A stretch of 63,163 bases of DNA, counting the filler, from a bacterium (lineage in GTDB: Bacteria > JAMOTN01), in NCBI GenBank assembly GCA_027062325.1. It is 3 parts of 3 records of this genome, joined end to end, with 100 filler letters (N's around TTAATTAATTAA, not from the genome) between each part and the next. Parts side by side here need not be neighbours in the genome. Positions count along the whole stretch, not along the records: positions 1 to 23,114 come from JAMOTN010000065.1; 2 more parts are not named here. One strand, written 5' to 3'. Position numbers and translations under genes: made by a program. Under the pieces are notes generated by a model. That model was not told the DNA's origin. It made no database searches and worked only from the letters and a program-made list of their open reading frames with translations. Positions 9,780 to 19,979 of the stretch are shown here, one piece after another (the stretch's first letter is position 1; every line of letters starts with the position of its first letter).

Positions 9780-10268
9780 ATGATGTTGAGAAAGAGAGGC
9801 AAGGGTGCCTTTACTTTGATGGAGCTCATGATCGTTATTGCTATCATAGGTATCCTTGCTACATTGGCAGTTCCATCTTTTAAAAAGGTACGTTTGTCAG
9901 CTAAGTGGCGTGCATGCCAGACAAACATGTCCACATTGGCAACAGCAATTGACTCTTGTGTGTCTGAGGCGGATGATGTTAGTGGTCAGTGCGGAGATAG
10001 CTACGATACACCAAGTGATTCAGCTATGAAGTTAAAGAAGGCTGTATTTGATGCGCTTGTGAAGGGTGGTTACTTGAAGAAAGCTTTGTATTGTCCATAT
10101 GCTCCTAAGAAGGATGATAATTACGCTTACTGTAATTCGGATAAAGGAAGTTGCAGTGAGACTTGTAATAGTGGAGATAACTTGCCAAGTGGAGAGTGCA
10201 AATGTACGGCGCATGATGCTTGCCAAAGTGACAAGACTCCAAAGAATCACTGGATACGCCGTAGTTAG
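9780..10268 (+). CDS. Type IV pilin, Cys-rich, candidate major pilin
   Basis: Class III signal peptide KRGKGA|FTLMELMIVIAIIGILATLAVP with Glu5; GGAGG RBS; own terminator. Confidence 0.85.
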   Translation: MMLRKRGKGAFTLMELMIVIAIIGILATLAVPSFKKVRLSAKWRACQTNMSTLATAIDSCVSEADDVSGQCGDSYDTPSDSAMKLKKAVFDALVKGGYLKKALYCPYAPKKDDNYAYCNSDKGSCSETCNSGDNLPSGECKCTAHDACQSDKTPKNHWIRRS

Positions 10269-10288
10269 TGAAAAAATGTTTAGTTTTT

Positions 10289-10324
10289 AAGGGGCTGTCT
10301 CCTTAAGAGGGGATGGCCCCTTTT
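10289..10324 (+). terminator. Rho-independent terminator after the first pilin
   Basis: Hairpin GGGGCTGTCTCCT-TAAG-AGGGGATGGCCCC followed by TTTT. Confidence 0.85.
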
Positions 10325-10362
10325 CTGTTTTTTAATTTAGCTACAGGCAAAAATAATTAGAG

Positions 10363-10800
10363 GTGAGAGGGGTGTTAAGGAGAGCTTTCACTTTGATGGA
10401 ATTGATGATAGTGATAGCAATATTGGGAGTGTTAATAACGTTGGCTGTTCCTTCATTCAAAAAGGCTCAAATATCTGCTAGATGGAGAAAGTGTCAGAGC
10501 AATATGAAGACACTGGAAGGAGCTTTGGATAATGTTGCGTCTGAGCACGATGAAGGTGAGAGTGATATTCCAGCCAATATTAAAAAAGCTTGTTGGGATG
10601 ATAGCGCTGGAAAGGTTGATATTACTCAAACTGAAATGGAATATCTTTTGAAGTTTGGTTATATAAAGCACATTTTAAAGTGCCCTATTTCTAGTCAAGT
10701 TAAGTATCAATTTGATACTGATAAAGGTGAAATGTATTGTCCTTTTCATAAAGCTTATCGTTCTGCAAAAAATCCTTATACTAATAACGATAACTCCTGA
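10363..10800 (+). CDS. Type IV pilin-like protein, paralog of the upstream pilin
   Basis: LRRA|FTLMELMIVIAILGVLITLAVPSF; shares ARWRxCQxNM, GY, CP and CxxH with the upstream gene. Confidence 0.85.
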   Translation: MRGVLRRAFTLMELMIVIAILGVLITLAVPSFKKAQISARWRKCQSNMKTLEGALDNVASEHDEGESDIPANIKKACWDDSAGKVDITQTEMEYLLKFGYIKHILKCPISSQVKYQFDTDKGEMYCPFHKAYRSAKNPYTNNDNS

Positions 10801-10868
10801 GGTTAAAATAATGTCAATTTCCTGAGTTTGAACTGGGGATTTACTATTTAAAGTGTTATAATTTGGAT

Positions 10869-13559
10869 ATGGGAAAAAAAGTGAAGAAGAATAAAAGCTT
10901 AAGGAGCTTGGTTTGGTTTTTTAGTATAGCTGTCTTAATTTTGATTTCATTGTTGGGTTCTATTTTATTGGCTCACAAGAGGTTGATTGAAGCGGGCATA
11001 AATTACTATCTGAAAACCAAAGGTGTTGAGTTTAAAAAGGCTTATGTAACTGATTATTACAGCCTAGTTATACAAGATTTTAAGTTTAAAAATTTGCAAG
11101 TTTCTACTGTTACTATATCCCCTAAATTCAAGGCTTTTAAACTGGTAGGAGCATCCATTTATTTTAATAATGCAACTATTGAGATTAGAAAGGGGAACAA
11201 GGCAGCTAAAGGTATAAAATTGCCGTTGCAGTTGGATTTGGTTGGTGAAAATTTGGTTGTTAAGTGGAAAGAGTTTAAGAGAAAGTTTGATACAGTTTTG
11301 TTGAGAAAATTGGGAGATATAGTGGAAGGCTATGCTAAGGGGAAAAATTGTTCTGCTAGTGTTAATGGTAAGGTTTTAAGGTTTAATACGAAACTTTCTA
11401 ACTTTTGGGAAGCTTTTGTGCCTAAACTAAAGGGTGGAACAGCGGAGGTTAAGTTAGCGTTATTGTTTAACCTGAGCCCACTCAAGATAAAGGATTGGAA
11501 ACTTACGGTAAAAGTTAAAGGGGGAGTTTTGAATTATAAGGATTTGCAACTTCAAGTTTATGACGCTTTGATTTCAAAAAGTTATGCCTCTCCAAAAGTT
11601 GTCTTGGAAAGTTCGAAAGGATTGCTAAAAGCCTTGAAAAGAGTAAGCATTGGTTTGAAAGGTGAAATTTGGCCTGAAGTTTCCTTGTCAGGTGTGTCTA
11701 GAGTCAAAGTTTTAGGAAATTTATTGAAGTTATCGTATCGCGTTTATAAAACAAAGCTTGATATAGTTTTTAGTTCAAAGAATTTATCCGGAAAGGCGTT
11801 TTTTGAATACAATGGGAATTGGGGGGTTAAAGCAAATTATGGTGGAAGGTTAGGAAAAATCTTGTTTTGCTATAATCCAAAGGGTTGCGAAGCTAATGTG
11901 CAGCTTTGTGGATTTGGAAGTGCAGAGGTCAAAATGGAGCAAAAGGAAGGAGAATTTATTTTTAATTTGGGTAAGGTAATTAACGTTGCTTCTCAAATAG
12001 AATTTGACAAAAAAAATGTTGGGCTAAGATTGAAATTTGCAGGGAATGCTATATCCCTAATTGATTTTTATGGAACTAGTGAAATATATGTAAATTTTTC
12101 CAAAAAGAATTTTATTGTGCTTGATATTGATGCTTGGGCAAAGGCATTCGTGGGAAAGATATTGAGGGTTCATCTTGTAAGGAACAAAGGAAACTTTGAG
12201 CTATTGGGGAGAAAATTTCCACTTGAACTTTCCATTATTCCAGGTATTACTATTAAAAGCAGCGTATTCAACGTTGCTATAGATGAGGATTTTGATGTAA
12301 ATGGGACGATTTTTGATTGGAATTTATCAGGAAGTTTAAAAAAATTGGGAATAGAGTTGAGAAAGGGTAAGTGGGTGATTGATATTTCTACTTCTGAGGT
12401 TATTTTAAAGGCTAAAGATGCCAAACTTGTTACCTTGTTTGAAAGTGTAAAGAAAATTGTTGGTGTGAATATTAATGGTTTAGATGCTAGGGTTAGTGGT
12501 GAGTTTGGATTGGTAGGGTGGAAACCATTTGCTCGAATGATAGTTAAAAAATTTACTTTGAGCAACTTTGAAAGATATATTGATTTAAAGGATATGCATA
12601 TCTCCAGCGATGGAGATTACTGGTTATTTGAAACATCGGGAAAATTTATTACTCAAAAGTTTAAAGTGTTGGGAAAGGTTTCGCCTTATATGGATAGGGA
12701 AAGATTTTTAAAGTTGGAGTTTGTAGGTAGTAAAAATTTACTTTTAGGTGGAGCAACTTTTGAAATAATGCCCTCTTCTGTTAATTTTTCAGGAACTATT
12801 TCTTTGAAGGAGACTACTTTTTCTGAGCTAAATGATAAAATTCTACGCTATTTCAAGAGTAAAAAAGGCGATGAAAGAGTGAAGTTACCCAAATTTTTGA
12901 ATGGAAATTTGTATTTAGATGTAAGGGGGCTCACGTACAATAGTGCTGTAGTAAATGTGAGGTTTTCTGGAGCTGGAAAGCTTCAGATAAAAAATGGGAG
13001 TTTGGAAGTTGCACTAAACTTGACTATGAAGGAGGGAAATTTGCTCATATCTGATGATAAATTGATTCCACTTACCGATGGAAGGGTTGTTTTGAGTTAC
13101 GATGGAGAAAGAGCCCAGGTGAGGTATGAGTTTGACATAGCTAGAAAGGTCAAAGGAGGTAAGGTTTATCTAAAGCTTCATGGTGATTATCCTTCGTTTA
13201 AAGTAGATATATCTTCAGATCCCAAAATGTCAACAGCTGTGGCGCTTTCTAAGTTGGCAGAGAGTTATGGAATTAAGACTACCGAGTTGGCAGGATTGCT
13301 AAAAGACTCTCTGATAGCAGAACTTTTGAGTTCTAAGGTTGCTAAAAAGTTAGGATTAGGGTATTTGCGTGTTGATAAAGGTGGAGTAAGTGTTGTAAAA
13401 AAGCTTGGCAAAGGTGTTGAGATAAAGTATAGTGCGGGAGAAAAGGATGGATTTAAGGTCAAGTTGAAGCTGAATGAAGAGGTTTTCTTTACGATAGGAG
13501 GTCCTGATAAGGACACGGAGAATATCTTTGGAATTGAAGTAAAAACTAAATTTAAGTGA
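10869..13559 (+). CDS. TamB/AsmA-like beta-rich envelope protein
   Basis: N-terminal TM anchor, long beta-rich body, C-terminal LHG...ISSDPKMS...ALSKL as in TamB/DUF490 ends. Confidence 0.6.
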   Translation: MGKKVKKNKSLRSLVWFFSIAVLILISLLGSILLAHKRLIEAGINYYLKTKGVEFKKAYVTDYYSLVIQDFKFKNLQVSTVTISPKFKAFKLVGASIYFNNATIEIRKGNKAAKGIKLPLQLDLVGENLVVKWKEFKRKFDTVLLRKLGDIVEGYAKGKNCSASVNGKVLRFNTKLSNFWEAFVPKLKGGTAEVKLALLFNLSPLKIKDWKLTVKVKGGVLNYKDLQLQVYDALISKSYASPKVVLESSKGLLKALKRVSIGLKGEIWPEVSLSGVSRVKVLGNLLKLSYRVYKTKLDIVFSSKNLSGKAFFEYNGNWGVKANYGGRLGKILFCYNPKGCEANVQLCGFGSAEVKMEQKEGEFIFNLGKVINVASQIEFDKKNVGLRLKFAGNAISLIDFYGTSEIYVNFSKKNFIVLDIDAWAKAFVGKILRVHLVRNKGNFELLGRKFPLELSIIPGITIKSSVFNVAIDEDFDVNGTIFDWNLSGSLKKLGIELRKGKWVIDISTSEVILKAKDAKLVTLFESVKKIVGVNINGLDARVSGEFGLVGWKPFARMIVKKFTLSNFERYIDLKDMHISSDGDYWLFETSGKFITQKFKVLGKVSPYMDRERFLKLEFVGSKNLLLGGATFEIMPSSVNFSGTISLKETTFSELNDKILRYFKSKKGDERVKLPKFLNGNLYLDVRGLTYNSAVVNVRFSGAGKLQIKNGSLEVALNLTMKEGNLLISDDKLIPLTDGRVVLSYDGERAQVRYEFDIARKVKGGKVYLKLHGDYPSFKVDISSDPKMSTAVALSKLAESYGIKTTELAGLLKDSLIAELLSSKVAKKLGLGYLRVDKGGVSVVKKLGKGVEIKYSAGEKDGFKVKLKLNEEVFFTIGGPDKDTENIFGIEVKTKFK

Positions 13560-13599
13560 AGTTTATGTCATTTTCACAATGAAAGGAGTGGTAAAGTTG

Positions 13600-15153
13600 A
13601 TGCAAGTAAAGCCAAAGCAAAAGCTTATTTTGATAATTATGGATGGTTGGGGAATTTCTGAAAGAAAGGAGTGGAATGCTGTTTACACGGCGAAAACTCC
13701 GAATTTTGATAAGTTGAGTTCTAATTGGCCATTTACTCAGCTTTTGGCAAGTGGTGAGGCTGTTGGACTTCCTGATGGGCAGATGGGGAATTCAGAGGTT
13801 GGACATTTAAATATCGGTGCAGGGCGCATAGTATATCAAGATTTTACACGTATAAACAAAGCTATTGAAGATGGTAGCTTTTTTAAAAATGAGGCTTTAA
13901 AAAGAGCATTTCAGGTGGCCAAGGAAAATGGATCAAAGGTTCACTTTATGGGGTTAGTATCGGATGGTGGAGTTCATTCTCACATTAAGCATCTATTTGC
14001 CTTGCTTGAGTTTGCGAAGCGTGAGGGGATGGATCCTGATAAGGTCATCGTGCATGCGATTACTGATGGACGTGATACTTCTCCTGTTTCAGGGGTCAAT
14101 TATATTACTGATCTTCAAAGTAAGATTGAGGAGCTTAAGGTTGGAAGGCTTGCTACAGTTATAGGGCGCTATTGGGCTATGGATAGAGATAAGAGATGGG
14201 ATAGAACAAAGGTTGCCTACGATGCTTTTACTATGAGAAAGGGTAGAGTTGTTGAAGATTTAATTGCGGCGATGAAAGAGGCTTATTCAAGAGATGAGAC
14301 AGATGAATTTTTGAAGCCAATTTTGAATGGAAATTTTGATCAGGACGAATTACGTGTTGATCCTGAGGATGCGATAATATTCTTCAACTTTCGTGCTGAT
14401 AGAGCACGCCAGATAACGCGTAGTTTTACAGAGGAGAATTTTGCTGAGTTTGAAAGGGAGAGAAAAGTTGTTGTGTCTTACTATGTTTGTATGACAGAGT
14501 ATGATAAAACGTTCAATTTGCCTGTTGCTTTTCCACCGCTTGAGTTGAAAAATGTACTAGCTGAGTGGTTTTCAAAACTTGGATTGAAGCAATTTCATAC
14601 AGCTGAAACTGAAAAGTATGCCCATGTTACCTTCTTTTTCAACGGTGGGCGTGAAGAGCCATTTGAGGGTGAAGATAGGCTTCTTATTCCATCTCCAAAG
14701 GTTGCAACTTATGATTTAAAGCCGGAGATGAGCGCTTTTGATGTGAAGAATGCGGCAAAAGAAAGGTTGTTGTCTGGGAAATACGACTTTATAGTAGTAA
14801 ACTTTGCAAATGCGGATATGGTTGGGCATACCGGTGTTTTTGAAGCAGCAGTTAAAGCTGTTGAGACAGTTGACAAATGTGTTGGTGAACTAGTGGAAGC
14901 TGCTCTTTCTGAAGGTTGGGCTGCAATTGTGACGGCAGATCATGGGAATGCTGAGCAGATGATTGATTATGAAACAGGAGTTCCATTTACGGAGCACACT
15001 ACTAATCCTGTTCCATTTATTTTAATTGGAAAGGATTTTAAAAAAGGAATAAAGTTGAAAGAAGGAAAGCTTGCAGATATTGCTCCGACGATTTTACATA
15101 TTATGGGGCTTGATATACCAACTGAGATGGAAGGGGAGATGTTAATTAAGTAG
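13600..15153 (+). CDS. gpmI: 2,3-bisphosphoglycerate-independent phosphoglycerate mutase
   Basis: IMDGWG, GQMGNSEVGH, DGRD, AETEKYAHVTFFFNGG, NADMVGHTG, TADHGN. Confidence 0.98.
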   Translation: MQVKPKQKLILIIMDGWGISERKEWNAVYTAKTPNFDKLSSNWPFTQLLASGEAVGLPDGQMGNSEVGHLNIGAGRIVYQDFTRINKAIEDGSFFKNEALKRAFQVAKENGSKVHFMGLVSDGGVHSHIKHLFALLEFAKREGMDPDKVIVHAITDGRDTSPVSGVNYITDLQSKIEELKVGRLATVIGRYWAMDRDKRWDRTKVAYDAFTMRKGRVVEDLIAAMKEAYSRDETDEFLKPILNGNFDQDELRVDPEDAIIFFNFRADRARQITRSFTEENFAEFERERKVVVSYYVCMTEYDKTFNLPVAFPPLELKNVLAEWFSKLGLKQFHTAETEKYAHVTFFFNGGREEPFEGEDRLLIPSPKVATYDLKPEMSAFDVKNAAKERLLSGKYDFIVVNFANADMVGHTGVFEAAVKAVETVDKCVGELVEAALSEGWAAIVTADHGNAEQMIDYETGVPFTEHTTNPVPFILIGKDFKKGIKLKEGKLADIAPTILHIMGLDIPTEMEGEMLIK

Positions 15154-15196
15154 CTGATTGCTTTTAGAGTTTGAAATATTGGATGGAGGCAGAGAC

Positions 15197-17698
15197 ATGA
15201 TTTTAAAGCATATTGTGTTGTTTCTAGCTGTTGCCTCTGTGATTATTTTTGTAGGGTGTTCGTTGTTTGGAAGTAAAGAAGAGTATGCCTCTAAGGTTGA
15301 AGTTTGGGCAGTAGATGATGCTTGGAAAGAATGGTATTTACGACTTTACAAGTGGAGCAATGGTTGGAAAAAAGAACGAGAGGTATTTGTAGATAACTAC
15401 TCGTTTCCTTTGAAATTGAATTTAGATGTGCCTGTAATGATTGAAGCGGAACATGCTACTAGACATGTTAAGATGTATGCTACTGTTTTCAGAGAAGATG
15501 TGCCTCCTTCAACGGCTCCTAAGTACAGAAAATTGTGTGTCAGTCCTTTGTCAACCTATATGTCTGTTGCAAGATCTCCTGAGGTAAGTGAAACTTTAAG
15601 GGGTAAGCTTACCACATTTGTTCAAAAAGCTGAATTGATGAAGTTGGATCTGTTTTATGCTACAACACCAGCAGATATTATGGTGAATGAGCCGTCTCAG
15701 GTTTCCTACAATACTTACAAATTTATAGAAAGCGTTTTTGGGAAAAAATTTGCAAGGAAATTATACAGTCGTCCAGATTCTACGGAAAAGGTTGTGTGTT
15801 TGTGCAAAAAGCTTGCCGATGCTGATACTTTAGGTAGAGGTTCATTAAAATCCATAGTAAAATCCTGTGGAATTAACGATGATCCGGATCCAGATGGTAA
15901 AACTTTGATGACTTTGCAGGCAATTTATGTTAGAGAGAGAATGCTTCCCTATATGAAATTTTCTAATATCGTTGGTACTCCAATTCATGTTAGTATGGGG
16001 ACCAACGAAACTGAATATAATACTACAAATTACTACATGTATGCCCATTTTGGGAAAAAAACTTTGAATTATTTGGATTACGTTGGTAGTGATTGGACGG
16101 GAGAGAGATGGGTAGGAGATGAGCCGGTCGGCAATTATTCTGATATAGATGGTAACGGTATTTTTACCGATTTTGATAAAATTTTTCAGTATAAGGATGA
16201 TCATGAAAATCCTTATGCCCTAAAATTCTATTTTCCCATAGCTGATTACGCTTTTGTAAGAACTAAGATGGCTTTTAGGTTTTTATTGGAATCTCAGATT
16301 GCTTTGAATGCTGGGCGTCCTAAGGATTTGGTGTGGAATTCAAAGGATTCTTATTTTGTTGTTGAAAACCTTACAATAACAAACTACGGAGATGCCAGTT
16401 TAGAAGTTGATGCAACAAGTTGTGAGGTTGTAATGCTAGATGAGACAAAAATTTTGGATTTAACGGGAGTTTTTTATTTTACTGTTGTTGATGGTAAAGA
16501 AGTGTTTGTAATTGATTTTGGAAAGTTGGCAACAATTCTCGCAAAAAATTTTAACAATGTAATACTTCCCGATTTTGATGGTGTTAAATGGGGAAATTTT
16601 GATGGAGATATAGGTGATCTAAATGATGCTCCTTCTTATTTGAATACGGACTGGGTGTTTTACCGTGTTAGAATGGCTATACATTCAGCTTATGATTTGC
16701 TTATAGAGAAGGAAATGATGGTTTACGCTGATTACGGTTCTGTAAGGGTTGATGTTAAGGATACCTCAAGTTGGCCCATAGTTGTAGAAGTTGCTTTCAA
16801 GGATTTTGATAATACATATTCACCAGAGCTTGCTTTTGAAGGAGATGTTTATTCCCCTGAGCCCAATGATGAGATAATAGCGGTGGTTAAATCAGAGTAC
16901 TTTAAGAGTGATGTGCATTGGGATACTTTGAGTGCTGATGGAAATAAATTAGTTTATAAAAAGACTCTTAACACTCATGATAATATTAATTTCTTGGAGA
17001 AAGTAAACCCCTACGCTTTTAAAATGTATATCCCTCTCACTTCTACAAATTACAACGTAGCAGGGCCTCCTTATCAAGGAAAAGTAAAATTTGATTTGGA
17101 TTTGGCTATGTGGGGAACTGCGGAAACGCAAGATATATACACTACATTTGAGTGGCATTTAAAGTTAACTGACATAATTTTGACTATGGACAATGATACG
17201 GTTGAGTTGAGTTACTTAGGAGGAGTCGAATTGGAGGTGGGTGGTAGAACCTATCATCCTACTTTTGCTTTGTCTAGTGATGGAGTTGTTATAACGGTTG
17301 GAGATTATTCGGGCACGATATTTTTTGGATTTTACGACTGGGATTTCAAAAATGAAGATCCCCAGGACAAAGAGACTTATTGCATAGGTATAGATATGAA
17401 ACAACTTGCAAACTTGATGCAATGTACTGGTATATATGGAAAAACATTTCCTTCTTTTGTGACTTTAGGAAAATGGAGAAATACGTACGGTTGGGTTGAG
17501 TTTGGAGATCCAGGGCCTAATACTGGAGAAGAAGGAACAGATGATCACTTGATATATCACATGACGGTTAAGTTTGAAAATCCAGAGAGTTATGATACGC
17601 GTGAGAAGCTTGAAATGTGGGGAGTAGTTGGGGGGAAAAAATACAATATGGAGGATGGTATAGAGGTTACTATTGAGTTATTTGATGATGATTACTAA
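15197..17698 (+). CDS. Large hypothetical lipoprotein with an internally duplicated domain
   Basis: Lipobox IFVGC after ATG 15197 (RBS GGAGG); DIDGNG Ca-binding-like loop; two similar beta-rich halves. Confidence 0.7.
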   Translation: MILKHIVLFLAVASVIIFVGCSLFGSKEEYASKVEVWAVDDAWKEWYLRLYKWSNGWKKEREVFVDNYSFPLKLNLDVPVMIEAEHATRHVKMYATVFREDVPPSTAPKYRKLCVSPLSTYMSVARSPEVSETLRGKLTTFVQKAELMKLDLFYATTPADIMVNEPSQVSYNTYKFIESVFGKKFARKLYSRPDSTEKVVCLCKKLADADTLGRGSLKSIVKSCGINDDPDPDGKTLMTLQAIYVRERMLPYMKFSNIVGTPIHVSMGTNETEYNTTNYYMYAHFGKKTLNYLDYVGSDWTGERWVGDEPVGNYSDIDGNGIFTDFDKIFQYKDDHENPYALKFYFPIADYAFVRTKMAFRFLLESQIALNAGRPKDLVWNSKDSYFVVENLTITNYGDASLEVDATSCEVVMLDETKILDLTGVFYFTVVDGKEVFVIDFGKLATILAKNFNNVILPDFDGVKWGNFDGDIGDLNDAPSYLNTDWVFYRVRMAIHSAYDLLIEKEMMVYADYGSVRVDVKDTSSWPIVVEVAFKDFDNTYSPELAFEGDVYSPEPNDEIIAVVKSEYFKSDVHWDTLSADGNKLVYKKTLNTHDNINFLEKVNPYAFKMYIPLTSTNYNVAGPPYQGKVKFDLDLAMWGTAETQDIYTTFEWHLKLTDIILTMDNDTVELSYLGGVELEVGGRTYHPTFALSSDGVVITVGDYSGTIFFGFYDWDFKNEDPQDKETYCIGIDMKQLANLMQCTGIYGKTFPSFVTLGKWRNTYGWVEFGDPGPNTGEEGTDDHLIYHMTVKFENPESYDTREKLEMWGVVGGKKYNMEDGIEVTIELFDDDY

Positions 17699-17775
17699 GC
17701 TAGATTTGATGTTAAAAATTGTTATTGCGGTGGTAGGTGGGTAGTAGATATTTATAGAGGGAGTATTTAAAAGGA

Positions 17776-18186
17776 GTGAATGTCATGTTTAAGATAATTA
17801 ATGTTGCACTTATCTACATAGTTATTGGAATACTGTTTGTTGTAATAAGCGGTTTTGCTGTGTATGGGGGTTACAAGTCAAAAATACCGCCTCAAGAAAA
17901 AAGGGTTACCTATGTAATGGGAGCGATAGGAATGGTTCTAGGGTTTTTAGCCATATTTTCATATTTGCCAGCGTATGTAAAGTATAGAAATGGACAATAT
18001 GAAACTTTTGAAGGAAAGGTGGAGGATGTGATTTATAGAGCAGGGTATTTAAGAGGATCGTTTACTTTTGTAAAGTGTGATGGTCATGAATTTAAATTAC
18101 CATTTTTTGTAAGGATTTTTAAAGGACAAAAGGTTAGGTTTTTCTTGGTAGAAGATAAAGTTGTGGCTTACTCTGTGTTGGATTGA
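17776..18186 (+). CDS. Hypothetical membrane protein
   Basis: Two TM helices plus a small beta-rich C-terminal domain; AGGAG RBS. Confidence 0.65.
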   Translation: MNVMFKIINVALIYIVIGILFVVISGFAVYGGYKSKIPPQEKRVTYVMGAIGMVLGFLAIFSYLPAYVKYRNGQYETFEGKVEDVIYRAGYLRGSFTFVKCDGHEFKLPFFVRIFKGQKVRFFLVEDKVVAYSVLD

Positions 18187-18204
18187 GGGGAGTTTATTTA
18201 CTAT

Positions 18205-19896
18205 TTAGTTGGCGTGGTTAACGCTTAGCACAGTGCAGTAGCCTCCTGTTGAATTTTCAATGTGGGGTAAGAAAACTTTTTCAAATTTCAATTGAATGAG
18301 CGGAATGCCTGCTTGAAAAATTTCTGGTTGGCTTTTTGTTTTTGGTGAGGTTTGGAGAGTGTGTGATTTAAGAATGGTTTTTATGACCATCTGATTTTCT
18401 TCTTTAAAAATAGAGCATGTTGCATAGATTATATATGAAGTGGTTAGCTTAACAAATTTTTTAATAAATTCTACTTGTTTATAGGAGAACTCAATAGGAT
18501 CTTGTGGATTAATAAACCAGCGCCTTTCAGGATGTTTTTGCACAGTTCCGGATCCGGTGCAAGGAACATCTAGAATGGATATATCAAATGGGATTGTAAT
18601 TGAAAGATTTGTAGGTTTTATTGGTAGTTTTAGTGCGTCAGAGCATAAGAAGGCTATCTTTAGTTTTAAAATGTTGGAGATCTCTATCTTTATAAAACCA
18701 GCTTCTATCTGGACTAGACTAGTATGTTTGGGATTTAGTGGCTGTAAAATGCGCTTTATTTCCTCAATAGTTTGTTTTATGCGAGGAAACTGTATATCAT
18801 TTGAAATCACGATTACCTCTTTTGTGGTACTGGAGGTGTTGAAAATATTGTTAGCCGATTCTTTTTTATTATTGAGTAGAGCTTGGCCTACTAAGTATTC
18901 AATGATAGCTCCAAGTTTTTTGCCCGGAGCAGAGCATGCATCGAATACAACTACTTTGTCTTTTTGGTTTAAAAGTTCGATTATTAACTCGGCACTTTTA
19001 GCAGCTATTGAAAGAGCCATTTTGGACTGAACAGTTATCAAACCTTTTTTAAAAGCTTGGCTTTTTGATATCTCATAGGATTTTTCCTCTTTGAAATTTG
19101 ATAATATAGCAGTATTTGATTCAAGAGCTAATGATATGGCATTTATTCTCACAGGGGATATACCTTTGTTGTTGAAAAAATCTACAATTTTAAGAGCTGT
19201 GTTTCTCCCGTATTGCTTTTTTAATTTCTTGAAAAACCAAGCTGGAAAAGAATAATTTAATAATAGCTTGAAGTCTTCTTCTGATGCGGCAAGCGCTGGA
19301 GTGGAAAAATATTTGACGATTTTCCAGAGACTTGTGATTTTATTTTTTAAAATTTTTGCTTGAGTGGAACGTAGTTTTTTCAATACCCACTCTAAGCGTT
19401 TTGAAAAACCGGCATGGACTTTAAGGCGAGGATAGACTTTTATCAGCTTTTCTAAAATAGTGTTTACATTCACAGCGTTTGTAAGGATTTCTGTTCCTGT
19501 TACAAGAAGAGTAGCTCTAAGAAGAGATGACGACTCTTCAAATTTTTCTCTCTGAGAAGCCTCTATGAGAAGTTTAGTAAGTCCTAATTTTTTGGAAAGT
19601 GTGTATGTAAGAGCGGTTACTTCTCTTTTAACTTCAGGTTTTATTTGCCACTTTGAAAAAACTTGGTCTCTAGCTTTATTGAAGTTTTTACTTTTTAAGG
19701 CAATTTCTGTAATTTTTATGCTCCAGAAGAGAACGTCTGAGTAACGTTTAATACCTTTCCAATATTTTTTGGTTTTTATATTTTTTGTAACGGTATTTTT
19801 TTTTGTTGACACTTTGATCGCCTCTCTTTTGGTATGTGTAAGAATTGATATTTTTGGTTTGTAATATGGAATACAAGCTATGTTGAATTTTACCAC
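18205..19896 (-). CDS. RsmB/NOP2/Sun-family RNA m5C methyltransferase (divergent)
   Basis: Motif I DACSAPGKK, motif IV LDVPCTGSG...HPE, motif VI YATCSIFKEEN; helical NusB-like N-terminus and YSFPAW. Confidence 0.8.
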   Translation of the reverse strand: MVKFNIACIPYYKPKISILTHTKREAIKVSTKKNTVTKNIKTKKYWKGIKRYSDVLFWSIKITEIALKSKNFNKARDQVFSKWQIKPEVKREVTALTYTLSKKLGLTKLLIEASQREKFEESSSLLRATLLVTGTEILTNAVNVNTILEKLIKVYPRLKVHAGFSKRLEWVLKKLRSTQAKILKNKITSLWKIVKYFSTPALAASEEDFKLLLNYSFPAWFFKKLKKQYGRNTALKIVDFFNNKGISPVRINAISLALESNTAILSNFKEEKSYEISKSQAFKKGLITVQSKMALSIAAKSAELIIELLNQKDKVVVFDACSAPGKKLGAIIEYLVGQALLNNKKESANNIFNTSSTTKEVIVISNDIQFPRIKQTIEEIKRILQPLNPKHTSLVQIEAGFIKIEISNILKLKIAFLCSDALKLPIKPTNLSITIPFDISILDVPCTGSGTVQKHPERRWFINPQDPIEFSYKQVEFIKKFVKLTTSYIIYATCSIFKEENQMVIKTILKSHTLQTSPKTKSQPEIFQAGIPLIQLKFEKVFLPHIENSTGGYCTVLSVNHAN

Positions 19897-19912
19897 AATT
19901 TTGAATGAATTA

Positions 19913-19929
19913 CTGGCACGTATTTTGCG
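19913..19929 (+). promoter_or_regulatory. Sigma-54 (-24/-12) promoter upstream of dnaK
   Basis: CTGGCACG-TATT-TTGCG against consensus YTGGCACG-N4-TTGCW; intergenic, about 50 nt before the ATG, correct orientation. Confidence 0.8.
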
Positions 19930-19979
19930 AAATAATAAATGCGGCAGAATGAGTTTGAGAAAAACAGGAGGTGTGTAAT

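Noticed and set aside
9780-10800. Pilin antigenic-variation cassette pair
   Set aside because: The shared N-termini differ at most synonymous positions and both genes are full length, consistent with an old duplication.
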